Part shown: in pieces, positions 1 to 10,018 of the stretch
Layout: every line of letters starts with the position of its first letter
How positions within the stretch are numbered: position 1 is the first letter of the stretch
From: Thermodesulfobacteriota bacterium
GTDB lineage: Bacteria > Desulfobacterota > Binatia > Bin18
DNA: 64,000 bases
Assembly (NCBI GenBank): GCA_964291405.2
Contig: OZ219926.1
Location: forward strand, 928,001 to 992,000
Reading direction: 5' to 3'
Position numbers and translations under genes: made by a program
Notes under the pieces: model-generated
Databases searched by the model: none
Told to the model about the DNA's origin: nothing
The model's input: only the letters and a program-made list of their open reading frames with translations

Positions 1-10
1 CACTGCGCGT

Positions 11-1660
11 ATGCCTGAAGTTGCATATCTCAAAGACCTGGTCATTGTGTTTGGGGTGGCGGTGGCGGTCGTCACCCTCCTGAAGCGCGCTCACTTTCCC
101 TCGATTGCCGGGTTCATTCTGACCGGGGCGCTCGTCGGGCCGACCGGCCTCGGGCTCATCAACGACGCCCATCATGTCGAGGTCCTGGCCGAGGTGGGCG
201 TCGTACTCCTGCTCTTCGGGATCGGGCTGGAACTCTCCCTCGACCGTCTCCAGCGTCTGTGGAAAGTCATCCTGCTGGGCGGGGGTCTGCAGATCGCCCT
301 CACGGTTGCGTGCACGGCAGTGTTAGCCATGTGGTTCGGACTGTCGCCCGGCCCCGCGCTCTTCCTGGGTTGTGTCGTCGCGGTCTCCAGCACGGCCATC
401 GTCCTGCGGGCGCTTTCCACGAGCGGCGAACTCGAAGCGCCGCACGGCCGCCTGGCGGTCGGCATTCTCGTCTTCCAGGACCTGTGTGTGGTGCCGATGA
501 TGTTGGCCGTGCCCTACATGGCTGGAGAAGGAGGCGCCATCGGGGACATTGGCGTGACGGTCGGCACGGCCCTCATGGTCCTCGTGGGGGTGTTGCTCGC
601 CGCGCGCCGTGTCGTCCCGCGCTTGCTCGCGTTCGTGGCCCGGACCCGCGAGCGCGAACTCTTCATTCTGAGCGTCTTTCTCGTGTGCTTCGGCACGGCC
701 TGGGCGTTATCGGTGGCGGGCATCTCGCTGGCCCTCGGGGCGTTTCTGGCCGGCCTGGTTGTCGCGGGCAGCGAGTTCCGGCACCAAGCGATGTCAGAGG
801 TGATCCCGGCCCGCGAGGTCCTGGCCAGCCTGTTCTTCGTGTCGGTCGGCATGCTGCTGAATGTGGCGGACATCGGGGCGCACCTGATAGCGACCGTCGG
901 GCTCCTGTGCGTCATCCTGGTCGGCAAGTTCGCGATTATTCTCGGCACCGCGCTGCTCCTCCGCCTGCCCTTGCGGGTGGGTATCCTATCCGCCGCCACC
1001 CTGTGCCAGATCGGAGAATTCTCCTTCGTGCTCTTGAACGCCGCGTCTGGAACCGACCTCCTCCCCGCCCCGCTTGCCCACAATCTGCTGATGGCCATTG
1101 TTCTCTCCATGCTGCTGACACCGATGGCCATTGCATTTGGCCCACGCCTCGTCGGCGGGGCGGCGTATGTGCCCTGGCTGAACCAACTCTTGGGGGCAGA
1201 GCCGCCCGGCATCGATCTGCCCGAGCCGCCCAGCGGCCATGTCATCGTGGCCGGCTATGGCCTGACGGGTCAACGCGTCTGTCGGGCTGTGCGGGGGATG
1301 GGGTTGACCTATGTCGCGGTTGACCGGAACCCGGACAAGGTCCGCGCGGCCCACGCCGCCGGCGACCGGGCCGTCCTTGGAGACGTTGCGCAACAGGAGG
1401 TGCTGGAGGAGTTGGGCTGCCGGCAGGCCCGTCTGGTGGTCGTGAATATCAACGACACGCAGGCCGCCGAATCCGCCGTCCGTACGGTGCGGGCGACCGC
1501 CCCGCACGTCGCGGTGATCGCCCGAGCCCCGTACGAGATGGACAAGGACATGCTGCAATCCGCCGGGGCGGCCGAGGTCATTACGGCCGAAGCCACGGCG
1601 AGCGAGGCGATCGTGACAACCTGTCTGGCGGCTCTGCGCACGACGCAGCCACCGGCCTAA
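11..1660 (+). CDS. CPA2-family monovalent cation:proton antiporter (KefB/KefC-like) with C-terminal TrkA-N/RCK domain
   Basis: 549 aa, many TM helices; LLFGIGLELS, VSSTAIV, LVFQDL, QIGEFSFVL motifs; C-terminal HVIVAGYGLTG Rossmann motif. Confidence 0.9.
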   Translation: MPEVAYLKDLVIVFGVAVAVVTLLKRAHFPSIAGFILTGALVGPTGLGLINDAHHVEVLAEVGVVLLLFGIGLELSLDRLQRLWKVILLGGGLQIALTVACTAVLAMWFGLSPGPALFLGCVVAVSSTAIVLRALSTSGELEAPHGRLAVGILVFQDLCVVPMMLAVPYMAGEGGAIGDIGVTVGTALMVLVGVLLAARRVVPRLLAFVARTRERELFILSVFLVCFGTAWALSVAGISLALGAFLAGLVVAGSEFRHQAMSEVIPAREVLASLFFVSVGMLLNVADIGAHLIATVGLLCVILVGKFAIILGTALLLRLPLRVGILSAATLCQIGEFSFVLLNAASGTDLLPAPLAHNLLMAIVLSMLLTPMAIAFGPRLVGGAAYVPWLNQLLGAEPPGIDLPEPPSGHVIVAGYGLTGQRVCRAVRGMGLTYVAVDRNPDKVRAAHAAGDRAVLGDVAQQEVLEELGCRQARLVVVNINDTQAAESAVRTVRATAPHVAVIARAPYEMDKDMLQSAGAAEVITAEATASEAIVTTCLAALRTTQPPA

Positions 1661-1828
1661 GCATACCAGACACACCCGCCCGTATCCGAGCCAGAGATGG
1701 CCCAGCCACACGGTGAGCCGTGCATAGCTCATGTGATCGTCGCGCAGCCGAGACGGCACACCTTGATCTTAAGGTCACCGGCGTCTGGATTGGTGTGAAC
1801 ACCCCTTGCGGTTTCGACCGCAGGGTGC

Positions 1829-1859
1829 GGGGCCTCTTCGGAGGCCCTTGCTTTTTCTT
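1829..1859 (+). terminator. Intrinsic terminator-like hairpin
   Basis: gggcctc-ttcg-gaggccc followed by ttgctttttctt; a second UUCG-type hairpin lies just upstream. Confidence 0.6.
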
Positions 1860-1884
1860 GGGCGGGCGAGGGCAATACGTTTAC

Positions 1885-2281
1885 CTAGAGCGTTTCATGA
1901 TAGATTGTAGTCGTGCCAGTCCGCTCTCGTCGGGAAGGACAGTGGCCTGCACCAAGCAGCCTGGGAGAGCGGCCATCCTGGCCGCCTGCGGGCTGGAAGC
2001 CCGCACTCCTCAAGGAGAAGAGAGACGCGCTCCACCGCAGCGTTCTTTGCTCCAGAGCAAAATCACGATGCTGTGTAGCCGCCCGTCATTCTTGTGCAAG
2101 CATCTAGGTTCTCCGCCGCCGGATAGGCCCTTCGACTTCGCTCCACTACGCTCAGGGCGAACGTGAGGCCGTTTGTGCTGAGCGTAGCCCGGAAGGGCGG
2201 AGTCGAAGCAGGGATACCGGATCACGTCCGGCATGACGAGAACGTCATGGCATGACTACAGCCTATCGTGAAACGATCGAG
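1885..2281. mobile_element. Composite CTAG-bounded MITE with REP and hairpin cargo
   Basis: ctagagcgtttcatgatagattgtagtcgtgcca at 1885 is an imperfect inverted repeat of tggcatgactacagcctatcgtgaaacgatcgag ending at 2281; an internal second terminus (ccagagcaaaatcacgatgctgtgtagcc, 2052) matches those at 52548 and 53888. Confidence 0.7.
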
Positions 2282-2368
2282 CGTTCTTCTGCCACCGCCG
2301 CAATGGCGCGTCCCACTTGTGTTCCGCAGAGTTTTCGCCTACCCGAGTGAGACAAGAAGGAGGAAGCT

Positions 2369-3016
2369 ATGGAAGAGCACATCACCTTTCCGGTTGGCGA
2401 GGGCGAGAATGCCATCACCCTAGAAGGGCTCCTTTCGACCTCACACCAGGCTCCCGCGCTTGGGGCGGTGCTGTGTCATCCCCATCCGCTCTATGGGGGC
2501 GAAATGCATAACAACGTGGTGTCAGCGTTAGCCCACGCCTTCCAAAAGGAGGATATCGCCACGCTGCGATTCAACTTCCGTGGGGTTGGACGCAGTGAAG
2601 GCGCCCACGCCGAAGGCGTGGCCGAGTGCGAGGATGTGAAAGCGGCGGTCACCGCTCTCCTGGACCGGCAGTCCGTCTCGACCGTCGTGGTTGCCGGCTA
2701 CTCGTTTGGCTCAATGGTGGGGCTGCAAGCCGGAGCGCAAGACGACCGCGTCCACCGCCTGATTGGCGTGGCTTTCCCGCTTGGATTCCGTGACCCGGCC
2801 TTTCTTGTCAGCGTGACCAAACCGATCCTGCTCATCAGCGGCGACCGGGACACCTACTCCCCCATCCCCGCCCTGACCGAGCTGGTTGCAAAAATGTCCG
2901 CCCCAAAGCAGCTCGAAACCATTAGCGGCGCGGACCATTTCTTTATGGCCAGAGAGGGCGAAGTCGCCCAAGCCGCGGTCTCGTTTCTCCGGCAGACCGG
3001 GGAACCGGTCGGATGA
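2369..3016 (+). CDS. Alpha/beta-fold hydrolase
   Basis: CHPHPLYGG, RFNFRGVGRSEG, GYSFG nucleophile elbow, GADHFF; RBS ggagga. Confidence 0.9.
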   Translation: MEEHITFPVGEGENAITLEGLLSTSHQAPALGAVLCHPHPLYGGEMHNNVVSALAHAFQKEDIATLRFNFRGVGRSEGAHAEGVAECEDVKAAVTALLDRQSVSTVVVAGYSFGSMVGLQAGAQDDRVHRLIGVAFPLGFRDPAFLVSVTKPILLISGDRDTYSPIPALTELVAKMSAPKQLETISGADHFFMAREGEVAQAAVSFLRQTGEPVG

Positions 3017-3259
3017 CGCTCCGCCAATCCGATCTACGTGTCTGATTTTTCAGGCGAGATCTCCTCGCCTGCATCACCCTGGGCAAGGCGCATCCGTACC
3101 TGGGTTGCCCTGCCGCCTTGCTCCTCAACAACCTCGGCAATAGCGTTTCGGAGCCGGCTTGGGTGGCATCGGGAAAGGCGGTGGCGACCATGCCGTTTTC
3201 GGCCGCCGCCGCTTTTTGGTCTGCGGTCGGGGCGAAACGGCCCTCAGAGGTTGAGATCT

Positions 3260-3552
3260 TCACGTCTGGAAGCCCTCTGCGGCAAGGCGAATGGTCATCG
3301 CCAAGACGGCGGCCCGGTCGATTAAGCTGTCGCGCAGAATATACCCGTTGGGGGTCTGCGTCGCACCGCCAATCGGGCCAAAGCCGTCCAAGGCCGGAAT
3401 CCGGTCCGGGACGTGACAAATATCAGACGAAGTATCCCGGTGCAGACGACGACGCAGCGCCCGCAGAGCGGCCAGCATGACCGCCAGGCCGTCCTTACTC
3501 TCGGCAACGCCCGAGCCATAGAACCGGCCGCGCTCCTCACGAAAGGAATGGC
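3260..3552 (-). pseudogene. Internally deleted M20 peptidase (carboxypeptidase G2-like) remnant
   Basis: Minus frame reads GRFYGSGVAESKDGLAVMLAAL followed closely by a C-terminal-like LDGFGPIGG..TPNGYILRDSLIDRAAVLA; the middle of the protein is missing. Confidence 0.5.
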
Positions 3553-3612
3553 AGTGTCGTCTTTCCCGTCCCTGCTTCGCGAGGCAGCGAGCAAACCACC
3601 ATCCGGCCTGTC

Positions 3613-3897
3613 TCAGCTGTCGGCCGGAACCAGGCCCACGGTCAGCCGTGTGCCGGTTGCTTCGGCGTAGCGGCGGAGGGTCGCAAAGGACGGCGACACC
3701 CGGCCACCTTCCAGCCGCGCGACAGCGGACTGGGTCGTGCCGAGCCGTCGGGCAAGCTCCGCCTGCGTCAATTTCGCTGCCGTGCGGGCGCGGACCAGCG
3801 CCTCGATGAGCGCATACTCCTCGTCGATGCGCGCATATTCCTCCCGGAACTCGGCATCCTCCATGAGGCGCGCCTTCAGATCCTTCAGCTTTGTCAT
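3613..3897 (-). CDS. XRE/HTH antitoxin (HigA-like)
   Basis: MTKLKDLKARLMEDAEFREEY...LTQAELARRLGTTQSAVARLEGG; ATGA overlap with the upstream toxin remnant. Confidence 0.85.
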   Translation of the reverse strand: MTKLKDLKARLMEDAEFREEYARIDEEYALIEALVRARTAAKLTQAELARRLGTTQSAVARLEGGRVSPSFATLRRYAEATGTRLTVGLVPADS

Positions 3898-4064
3898 GTC
3901 ATCACCTGCCTCATCCGTTCCCTGGCGGTCGCGAGCGCACGGCGCGGTGTCTGGCGCGACTTCTTCTCGAAGACGTGCAACACCACCACCCGCCGGCCCG
4001 CCGCCGTCACGTAGATCCCCCGGGCGATACCGCCTTCTGCCCGTACCCGAAGTTCCCAGAGCTT
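3894..4064 (-). pseudogene. 5'-truncated RelE/HigB (phage Gp49-like) toxin
   Basis: KLWELRVRAEGGIARGIYVTAAGRRVVVLHVFEKKSRQTP...; an in-frame TGA lies just upstream and there is no start codon. Confidence 0.8.
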
Positions 4065-4074
4065 TCATTATTCT

Positions 4075-5112
4075 TCAATAATACGTTTTTCTCACCGCCT
4101 CAAACGGCTGCTCCGCGTCCTCGGCCAGGGCGGTGATGGCGTCCAGCGTCCGCCGCAGGTCGTGATCGTGCTGCTCGTACACCCGCTCGAAGACGCGCAA
4201 ATCTTTGAGATAGGTCAAATAATGCAGGATGACCGCGTTATTGAGCTGTACGGAGGCAAAGTCCGAGGTTTGCGCAACACTCCCGGGCAGTTGGCGGAAT
4301 TCTTCCTGGAGCTGAGTGAATGCGTCTTTTCGCCGCGTCAACTTCTCCGCTTCACTGAACGGAGAGGTGTATAACTTCGTCAGCCGCTGACGGGACTGTT
4401 CGAGAAAATGTGAAACGGCCAACTCCTTTTCCCATGTGGCTCGCAGGTGTCGGGTCAGGGTGTGGGTCTCCCCGTGCGCTTTGACAAAAAAGGCGATAGC
4501 GCCACGATACCCGGCAAAATTGGCGAGCGATTCGTTAAAGGCCGTCTGTCCGGACAGGTAAAACGTATTATGAAACAGCTCGTGCAGCACAATATTGGCC
4601 AGGGTGACCCCATCATATCCCAACAGTTGAGGCAGGAGGGGGTCGGCAAACCAGCCCAGGGTGCTAAAGGCTGCCGCGGTCCGAATATAGGTGTCAAACC
4701 CCTGGGTCTCTAAATGTCGAGCCTCTGCGTCGGCTTGCGCGCTGTCAAAATACCCCTTGTAGGAGACCCGGCCGACAATGGGAAACCACCAGGTATAGGC
4801 TTCCAAACGCGTCCGGTGTGCTGCGGTGACCACGTAAATGGTCGGCGGCGAGGGGAGTTCGGACACGCTGCCATAACTCCCCCCAACCCGAAAGCCGAGG
4901 TCCTGCTCGGCAAAGGTCCGCACACGCAAGACAAGCCGGAGTTTTTCCTGGGTGGACAGGTCGAGCCGACCGGGCTGCCGCAAGATATCGGCAATCGGTC
5001 TGCGGTACCACAGAATCTTTGCCTCTTCATAGCCGGCCCGCAGAATGTACAACGGGGTACAGGCCGGCAGCACGCACAGGCAAGTCAATAGAACCCAAGG
5101 CCGCACGCGCAT
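4075..5112 (-). CDS. Putative zinc aminopeptidase, probable lipoprotein
   Basis: LPAC lipobox-like; WWFPIVGRVSYKGYF, AFSTLGWFADP, HELFH zinc motif, FNESLANF. Confidence 0.85.
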   Translation of the reverse strand: MRVRPWVLLTCLCVLPACTPLYILRAGYEEAKILWYRRPIADILRQPGRLDLSTQEKLRLVLRVRTFAEQDLGFRVGGSYGSVSELPSPPTIYVVTAAHRTRLEAYTWWFPIVGRVSYKGYFDSAQADAEARHLETQGFDTYIRTAAAFSTLGWFADPLLPQLLGYDGVTLANIVLHELFHNTFYLSGQTAFNESLANFAGYRGAIAFFVKAHGETHTLTRHLRATWEKELAVSHFLEQSRQRLTKLYTSPFSEAEKLTRRKDAFTQLQEEFRQLPGSVAQTSDFASVQLNNAVILHYLTYLKDLRVFERVYEQHDHDLRRTLDAITALAEDAEQPFEAVRKTYY

Positions 5113-5122
5113 AGCCGCCTCG

Positions 5123-6940
5123 TTACACGTCTTCCAGAACGAGTCCGTCCGTGCGGGCTTGGGAGATGCCGGCGGCGTGGGCGTACTGCAGTTGGTATAA
5201 GCGCCAGTAAATGCCGCGCTGCGCCATCAATGCCTGATGAGTGCCAACTTCCCGCAGCCTGCCCTTGTGCAGAACGATGATGCGGTCGGCATTCTGGATG
5301 GTTGAGAAGCGATGCGCAATCACCAGCGTTGTCCGGTTCTGCATCAGCTTGGTCAGCGCATCCTGAATGAGCACCTCAGCCTCCGGATCAACGCTTGAGG
5401 TGGCTTCATCCAGGACCAGGATGGCCGGGTCGTAGGCCAAGGCACGGGCGAACGACAAGAGCTGACGCTGACCGGCCGACAGGTTGGCGCCCCGCTCGTG
5501 CAGGTGTTCGTAGTAGCCGCCCGGCAGTTCACGAATGAAGCGCTCCGCATTCACATGCTGCGCGGCGTGCTGCAAGTCGTCCAGCGTCAGGTCGGTCCGA
5601 CCCAAACTCAGATTGGTGGCCACATCGCCAACAAACAGGAAGACGTCCTGTAACACCACGCCAATCCGGCGGCGCAGGGTGTGCAGGTCCCACTCGCGAA
5701 TATCGACGCCATCCACCAGGATGTGGCCCCGCTGGATATCATAAAAGCGGTTGAGCAGCTTACTGATGGTGGTCTTGCCCGCGCCGGTCGCGCCGACCAG
5801 GGCAATACTCTCACCAGGGGCGACCGAAAAGGACACGTCCCGCAGCACCCATTCCTCCTCGTTGTACGCAAACCAGACGTGGTCAAATTCTATCCGGCCC
5901 GTCACCGTGTGCGGCCGATGTGCCTCAGACGGAGAGGTGATCGTGACCGGCGTATCCAGCAGTTGAAACACCCGCTCGACCGCGGTCATGGCCGTCTGCA
6001 TGGTGGTGTATTTTGTACTGAATTCCCGAATGGGCACAAAGAACTTCTGCAAATACTCGATAAAAGCCACCAGCGTCCCCAGGGCGACCAAACCCTGGCC
6101 AACCTGGCCCGCGCCATACCACAGCATGAGCGCAATAGAGATGACACTCAGCGCCTCAACGATGGAGAACAGACTGGCCTCGTAAATATTGGATAAGTGG
6201 TTGGCGTCGCGGTGGGCGCGATTGCGCTGCTCAAACTCGGCAAACATTTTTCGTTCCTGGGCAAACACCTGCACGACCATAATCCCGGACAAGGTTTCCT
6301 GCAGAAAGGCGTTGATCCGCGCCAGGCGTTCCCGGATGGTCCGATAGGTCACGCGCGTCCGGGTCCGAAAAAAATTCAGGATGAGCAACAACGGGGGCAG
6401 GAGAGCCAGCGTCACCACGGCCAGGTGAAAATCGATCGACAGCATAATCACGACAATGCCCACCAGGGTCAGGATGTCCATGAAGATGGTCAGGGTCCCG
6501 GCGGAGAACGCCTCGTTAATGGCATCGACATCGGTGGTCAGACGGGTGACCAGACGACCGACCGGCGTGCGCTCAAAAAAGCTCGACGGTAGTTCCTGCA
6601 CGTGGGTGAACAGGTCACGCCGCAAATCGGCCAGGCAGCGCTGGGCGACCAGCATCGTCGCCTGAAACTGAATGTAAAAGAATAAAAACTCACCGAGCAG
6701 GGCAGCGGCAAACAGCAGGCCAATGCGCGTCAGCCCCGCAGCGTCCCCCTGCTCGATATACCAATCCACGCCCAACTTGAGCAGATACGGCTGGGCCAGG
6801 AGACAGGCGGAGGTCAGCGGCAGACACACCAGCGCCACGATAAATGTCGCGCGGTACGGCCGGATATAAACCCACAGACGACGCAGGAGCGCCAAGTCGT
6901 AGGTTTTGCCGAGGGCGGCTTCGTATTGCCCCTGGTTCAC
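5123..6940 (-). CDS. ABC exporter half-transporter (TMD+NBD, MdlB/MsbA-like)
   Basis: GATGAGKT, LSAGQRQ, LVLDEATSSVD, IAHR. Confidence 0.92.
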   Translation of the reverse strand: MNQGQYEAALGKTYDLALLRRLWVYIRPYRATFIVALVCLPLTSACLLAQPYLLKLGVDWYIEQGDAAGLTRIGLLFAAALLGEFLFFYIQFQATMLVAQRCLADLRRDLFTHVQELPSSFFERTPVGRLVTRLTTDVDAINEAFSAGTLTIFMDILTLVGIVVIMLSIDFHLAVVTLALLPPLLLILNFFRTRTRVTYRTIRERLARINAFLQETLSGIMVVQVFAQERKMFAEFEQRNRAHRDANHLSNIYEASLFSIVEALSVISIALMLWYGAGQVGQGLVALGTLVAFIEYLQKFFVPIREFSTKYTTMQTAMTAVERVFQLLDTPVTITSPSEAHRPHTVTGRIEFDHVWFAYNEEEWVLRDVSFSVAPGESIALVGATGAGKTTISKLLNRFYDIQRGHILVDGVDIREWDLHTLRRRIGVVLQDVFLFVGDVATNLSLGRTDLTLDDLQHAAQHVNAERFIRELPGGYYEHLHERGANLSAGQRQLLSFARALAYDPAILVLDEATSSVDPEAEVLIQDALTKLMQNRTTLVIAHRFSTIQNADRIIVLHKGRLREVGTHQALMAQRGIYWRLYQLQYAHAAGISQARTDGLVLEDV

Positions 6941-8724
6941 AGTTCCGCCAACTCCTCTTCGAGCGCCTGATCCTGAAAGAGTTCCGTATACATGCTCCCC
7001 TGCTCGACCAACTCGGCGTGCGTTCCCATCTCGACGATCCGTCCCGCATCCAGGACAACGATGAGGTCAGCGTCCCGTATGGCCGACACCCGGTGGGAAA
7101 TGATGAGCACCGTCTTTTCCGTGGTGCTCGTCCGGAGCGCCTGGAGAATCTTCCGCTCCGTTGTCACATCAACGCTGGACAGCGCGCAGTCCAGGACGAG
7201 GATGGGCGTGTCGGACAGCAAGGCCCGAGACAGCGTCAGGCGCTGCTTTTGCCCGCCCGACAGCGTCATACCCCGCTCACCAATGACGGTCTCATAGCCC
7301 TTGGGAAAATCCTCAATCTCGCCGTCCACACTGGCCAGGGCGGCCGTCCGGCGCACATCGTCACCGTCCACCTCCGGCTGGGAAAAGGCAATATTGTCTT
7401 CAATGCGAGCCGAAAAGAGAAACGGGTCCTGGGGCACGAAGCCGATACAGCGCCGGAGCTCGGCCAGGGAGAAGAGCCGAATATCCCGCCCATCAATGGT
7501 GATGGCGCCGCGTGAGACGTCGAACAAACGTGGCAGCAGGTTGACGAGCGTACTCTTGCCCGCGCCCATACGACCGACAATGCCAACGGTTTTTCCGGCC
7601 GGGACCGTGAACGTAACATCGTGCAGTACGGTTCGTCCGTCAGGCGCGTGGCCATTGCCCACGCTACTGTCCGGCCTGCGGTCATCAAGCGGATAGGCAA
7701 AATCCACGTGTCGAAACCCAATCTCGCCGCGTATCGTTGGCGCGCCCCGACTCGCGCCGTTCTCCTGACCGTCAACGATGTCGGGCCGGGTTTGCCAGAT
7801 CACCTCCAGCCGTTGCATGGCCGCCTTGCCACGCTGATAGAGAGAGATCAGCCAGCCCATGGCCATGGTCGGCCAGGCCAGCAGGTGGAGATAGCCCATA
7901 AACGCCACCAGGTCGCCCAAACTGAGCTGACCGGCAATGACCTGTGAGCCGCCATACCACAGCACGACCAGCAGCCCGGTTCCGGATATGCCCTTCATGA
8001 GCGGCGGAAACAGGCCGCGCAGGCGAGCCAGGGCAATATTCTCGGTCCTGAAGCGCTCATTCAGCGTGCCAAATACGCCGTTCTGCCAGGCCTCACGCAC
8101 ATAAGCGCGCACGACGGGCATACCGCTGACGCTCTCCTGGACGCGGCTCGACAGGTCGGCCAGACCGGCCTGCACGTTGAGCGTGCGCTCCATGAGCTGG
8201 CGACTCATCGCTCTGACCACCAGAAACATGAAGGGATACGGAGCGATCGCCAACAGGGTCAGGATCGGGTCCATGGCCAGCATGGCCGCCATGGCATACA
8301 CGTAATACAGCGGGGTGTTGAGGATATTGATAATGCCCAAGCCGAGCAGCAGACGCACCGCGGTCACGTCATTGACCAGGCGCGACATCAGGTCGCCTAT
8401 GGGCTGGCGCTGGTAATAGCTCAAGGACAGAGTCTGCAAATGGGCAAACAGCTCGTTGCGGAGTTGGTACTCGATATCCCGCCCGGCGTTGAAGATCAGA
8501 AAGCGCGAAAAGGAGCGGACAAGCCCCTGGAGCAGGGCAATCCCGATAATCAGCAGCACCGTAGACACGATCTCGTCGACCGGCCGGCCATGCTCGATCC
8601 CCTCGACCGCCTGCTTGAGCAGCCACGGGATGGACATCGCCAGGGTCGCCGTCGTCACCAGACAGGCGATGCCACGCATATACCGATAGCGGTATTGATA
8701 AATATAGCCCCACAGACGTTGCAT
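6937..8724 (-). CDS. ABC exporter half-transporter (TMD+NBD, MdlA-like, degenerate Walker B)
   Basis: GRMGAGKS, LSGGQKQR, LVLDCALSSVD, ISHR; overlaps its partner by 4 nt. Confidence 0.92.
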   Translation of the reverse strand: MQRLWGYIYQYRYRYMRGIACLVTTATLAMSIPWLLKQAVEGIEHGRPVDEIVSTVLLIIGIALLQGLVRSFSRFLIFNAGRDIEYQLRNELFAHLQTLSLSYYQRQPIGDLMSRLVNDVTAVRLLLGLGIINILNTPLYYVYAMAAMLAMDPILTLLAIAPYPFMFLVVRAMSRQLMERTLNVQAGLADLSSRVQESVSGMPVVRAYVREAWQNGVFGTLNERFRTENIALARLRGLFPPLMKGISGTGLLVVLWYGGSQVIAGQLSLGDLVAFMGYLHLLAWPTMAMGWLISLYQRGKAAMQRLEVIWQTRPDIVDGQENGASRGAPTIRGEIGFRHVDFAYPLDDRRPDSSVGNGHAPDGRTVLHDVTFTVPAGKTVGIVGRMGAGKSTLVNLLPRLFDVSRGAITIDGRDIRLFSLAELRRCIGFVPQDPFLFSARIEDNIAFSQPEVDGDDVRRTAALASVDGEIEDFPKGYETVIGERGMTLSGGQKQRLTLSRALLSDTPILVLDCALSSVDVTTERKILQALRTSTTEKTVLIISHRVSAIRDADLIVVLDAGRIVEMGTHAELVEQGSMYTELFQDQALEEELAEL

Positions 8725-8733
8725 GCGTTCCGC

Positions 8734-10008
8734 TCAGCTTCTCGGAGCTGCTGTCGCTGACACGGCCCTTGAGTCCCTCTCCTCAACACCGCTTGCGACC
8801 CGCATCATCAGCCCCACCGTGGCCCACCACACCAGCCCGACTTCCGCATCCCCCCAGTTATACTGGGTCAGGCCGCCAATCAGAAAACCGACCAGGCCGA
8901 GCCAGCAGCCCAGGGTCAGGCTTCTCAGCGGCTCGGTCCGTTGTCTCACATAGGCACGCCAGCCCGTCATGATAATCGAGCCGACCAGGAAGAGAAAGGC
9001 CGCCAGACCGAGCAGGCCGGCATCCACCCACATCTGGAGGAAATTATTGTGCGCATGGGCATCGGTGTCGGCCCGAGGATAGCGCTGATAAAAAGCCTCC
9101 CGAAACTGCTTATAGTTCCCAAACCCCCAGCCGGTCAGGGGTCGCTCTTTGATCATATCGATATTGGCCAACCAGATCTGACTGCGCCCGATATTGGCCT
9201 CAAAGTCAAAGATCGAGAGCCCCCGTTCGCGCACCCCCTGTCCGGCACCGACAAAGAGCAGACCACACACCGCCACCCCCCCAACCACGGCCAGCACGGC
9301 GCGACGGCCCTGTACCAGCCCATACACCACCAGCACCACGCCATAGGCGACCCAGACGCCACGCGTGAGGGAGAAGAACAGGGCAAGCAGCATAAGCGCC
9401 CACCCCCCGACCAGCAGGAGGCGCTGCGCTTTTAGGAGCCCAGGGGACAATCCCCAGGCGGTGATCAGGCACAGCGGAAAGAGCAGGGCATGAGCATAGG
9501 TCATCCCGGACGGATGCAGCCCCTTTACCCGGTAGCCCTCCTGGCGGCCGAACCAGAACGGGTCGAGGTTGGACTCCTTGCCGACCAGGGTTTTGGCCAG
9601 ATCAAGCCCGGTAAAGTGCTGCACAATGCTGTAGGCCGCAACCGCTCCGGCTACCCAGAGCGCCACGGTCAACACTGTTTCTACTTCCCGCCCGTTGCGG
9701 ACGAGTACAAAGACCGCCAGACAGCCGCCCATGAGCCACATTTTCCGATAGCCGATGAAGGACTGAAGCGGGTCGGGGCTCAGAACGGTTGAGACCAGAA
9801 GCGCACCGAAAAAAAAGAGGAAGGGTTGCCACAGCGGCACGCGGGGCAGAGAGCGGGTCCGCCACAGCGTATAGCCGAGAAAGGCCAGCAGACAGCCCAG
9901 CGCGGTTTGCTGAAAGGCGATGGGTAAATTCCAGGTTGCAAAGAACAGCACGAGCAGGCCGGCCCGCAGAGTGTCGTCCCACCGCTGAGGTTGTATCAGG
10001 GCCGGCAC
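8734..10008 (-). CDS. O-antigen ligase / O-oligosaccharyltransferase family protein
   Basis: Polytopic; SLTRGVWVA, R..IW...I.MI.ERPLTGWGFG, HAHNNFLQ (Wzy_C) motifs. Confidence 0.88.
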   Translation of the reverse strand: MPALIQPQRWDDTLRAGLLVLFFATWNLPIAFQQTALGCLLAFLGYTLWRTRSLPRVPLWQPFLFFFGALLVSTVLSPDPLQSFIGYRKMWLMGGCLAVFVLVRNGREVETVLTVALWVAGAVAAYSIVQHFTGLDLAKTLVGKESNLDPFWFGRQEGYRVKGLHPSGMTYAHALLFPLCLITAWGLSPGLLKAQRLLLVGGWALMLLALFFSLTRGVWVAYGVVLVVYGLVQGRRAVLAVVGGVAVCGLLFVGAGQGVRERGLSIFDFEANIGRSQIWLANIDMIKERPLTGWGFGNYKQFREAFYQRYPRADTDAHAHNNFLQMWVDAGLLGLAAFLFLVGSIIMTGWRAYVRQRTEPLRSLTLGCWLGLVGFLIGGLTQYNWGDAEVGLVWWATVGLMMRVASGVEERDSRAVSATAAPRS

Positions 10009-10018
10009 AATCCGAATC

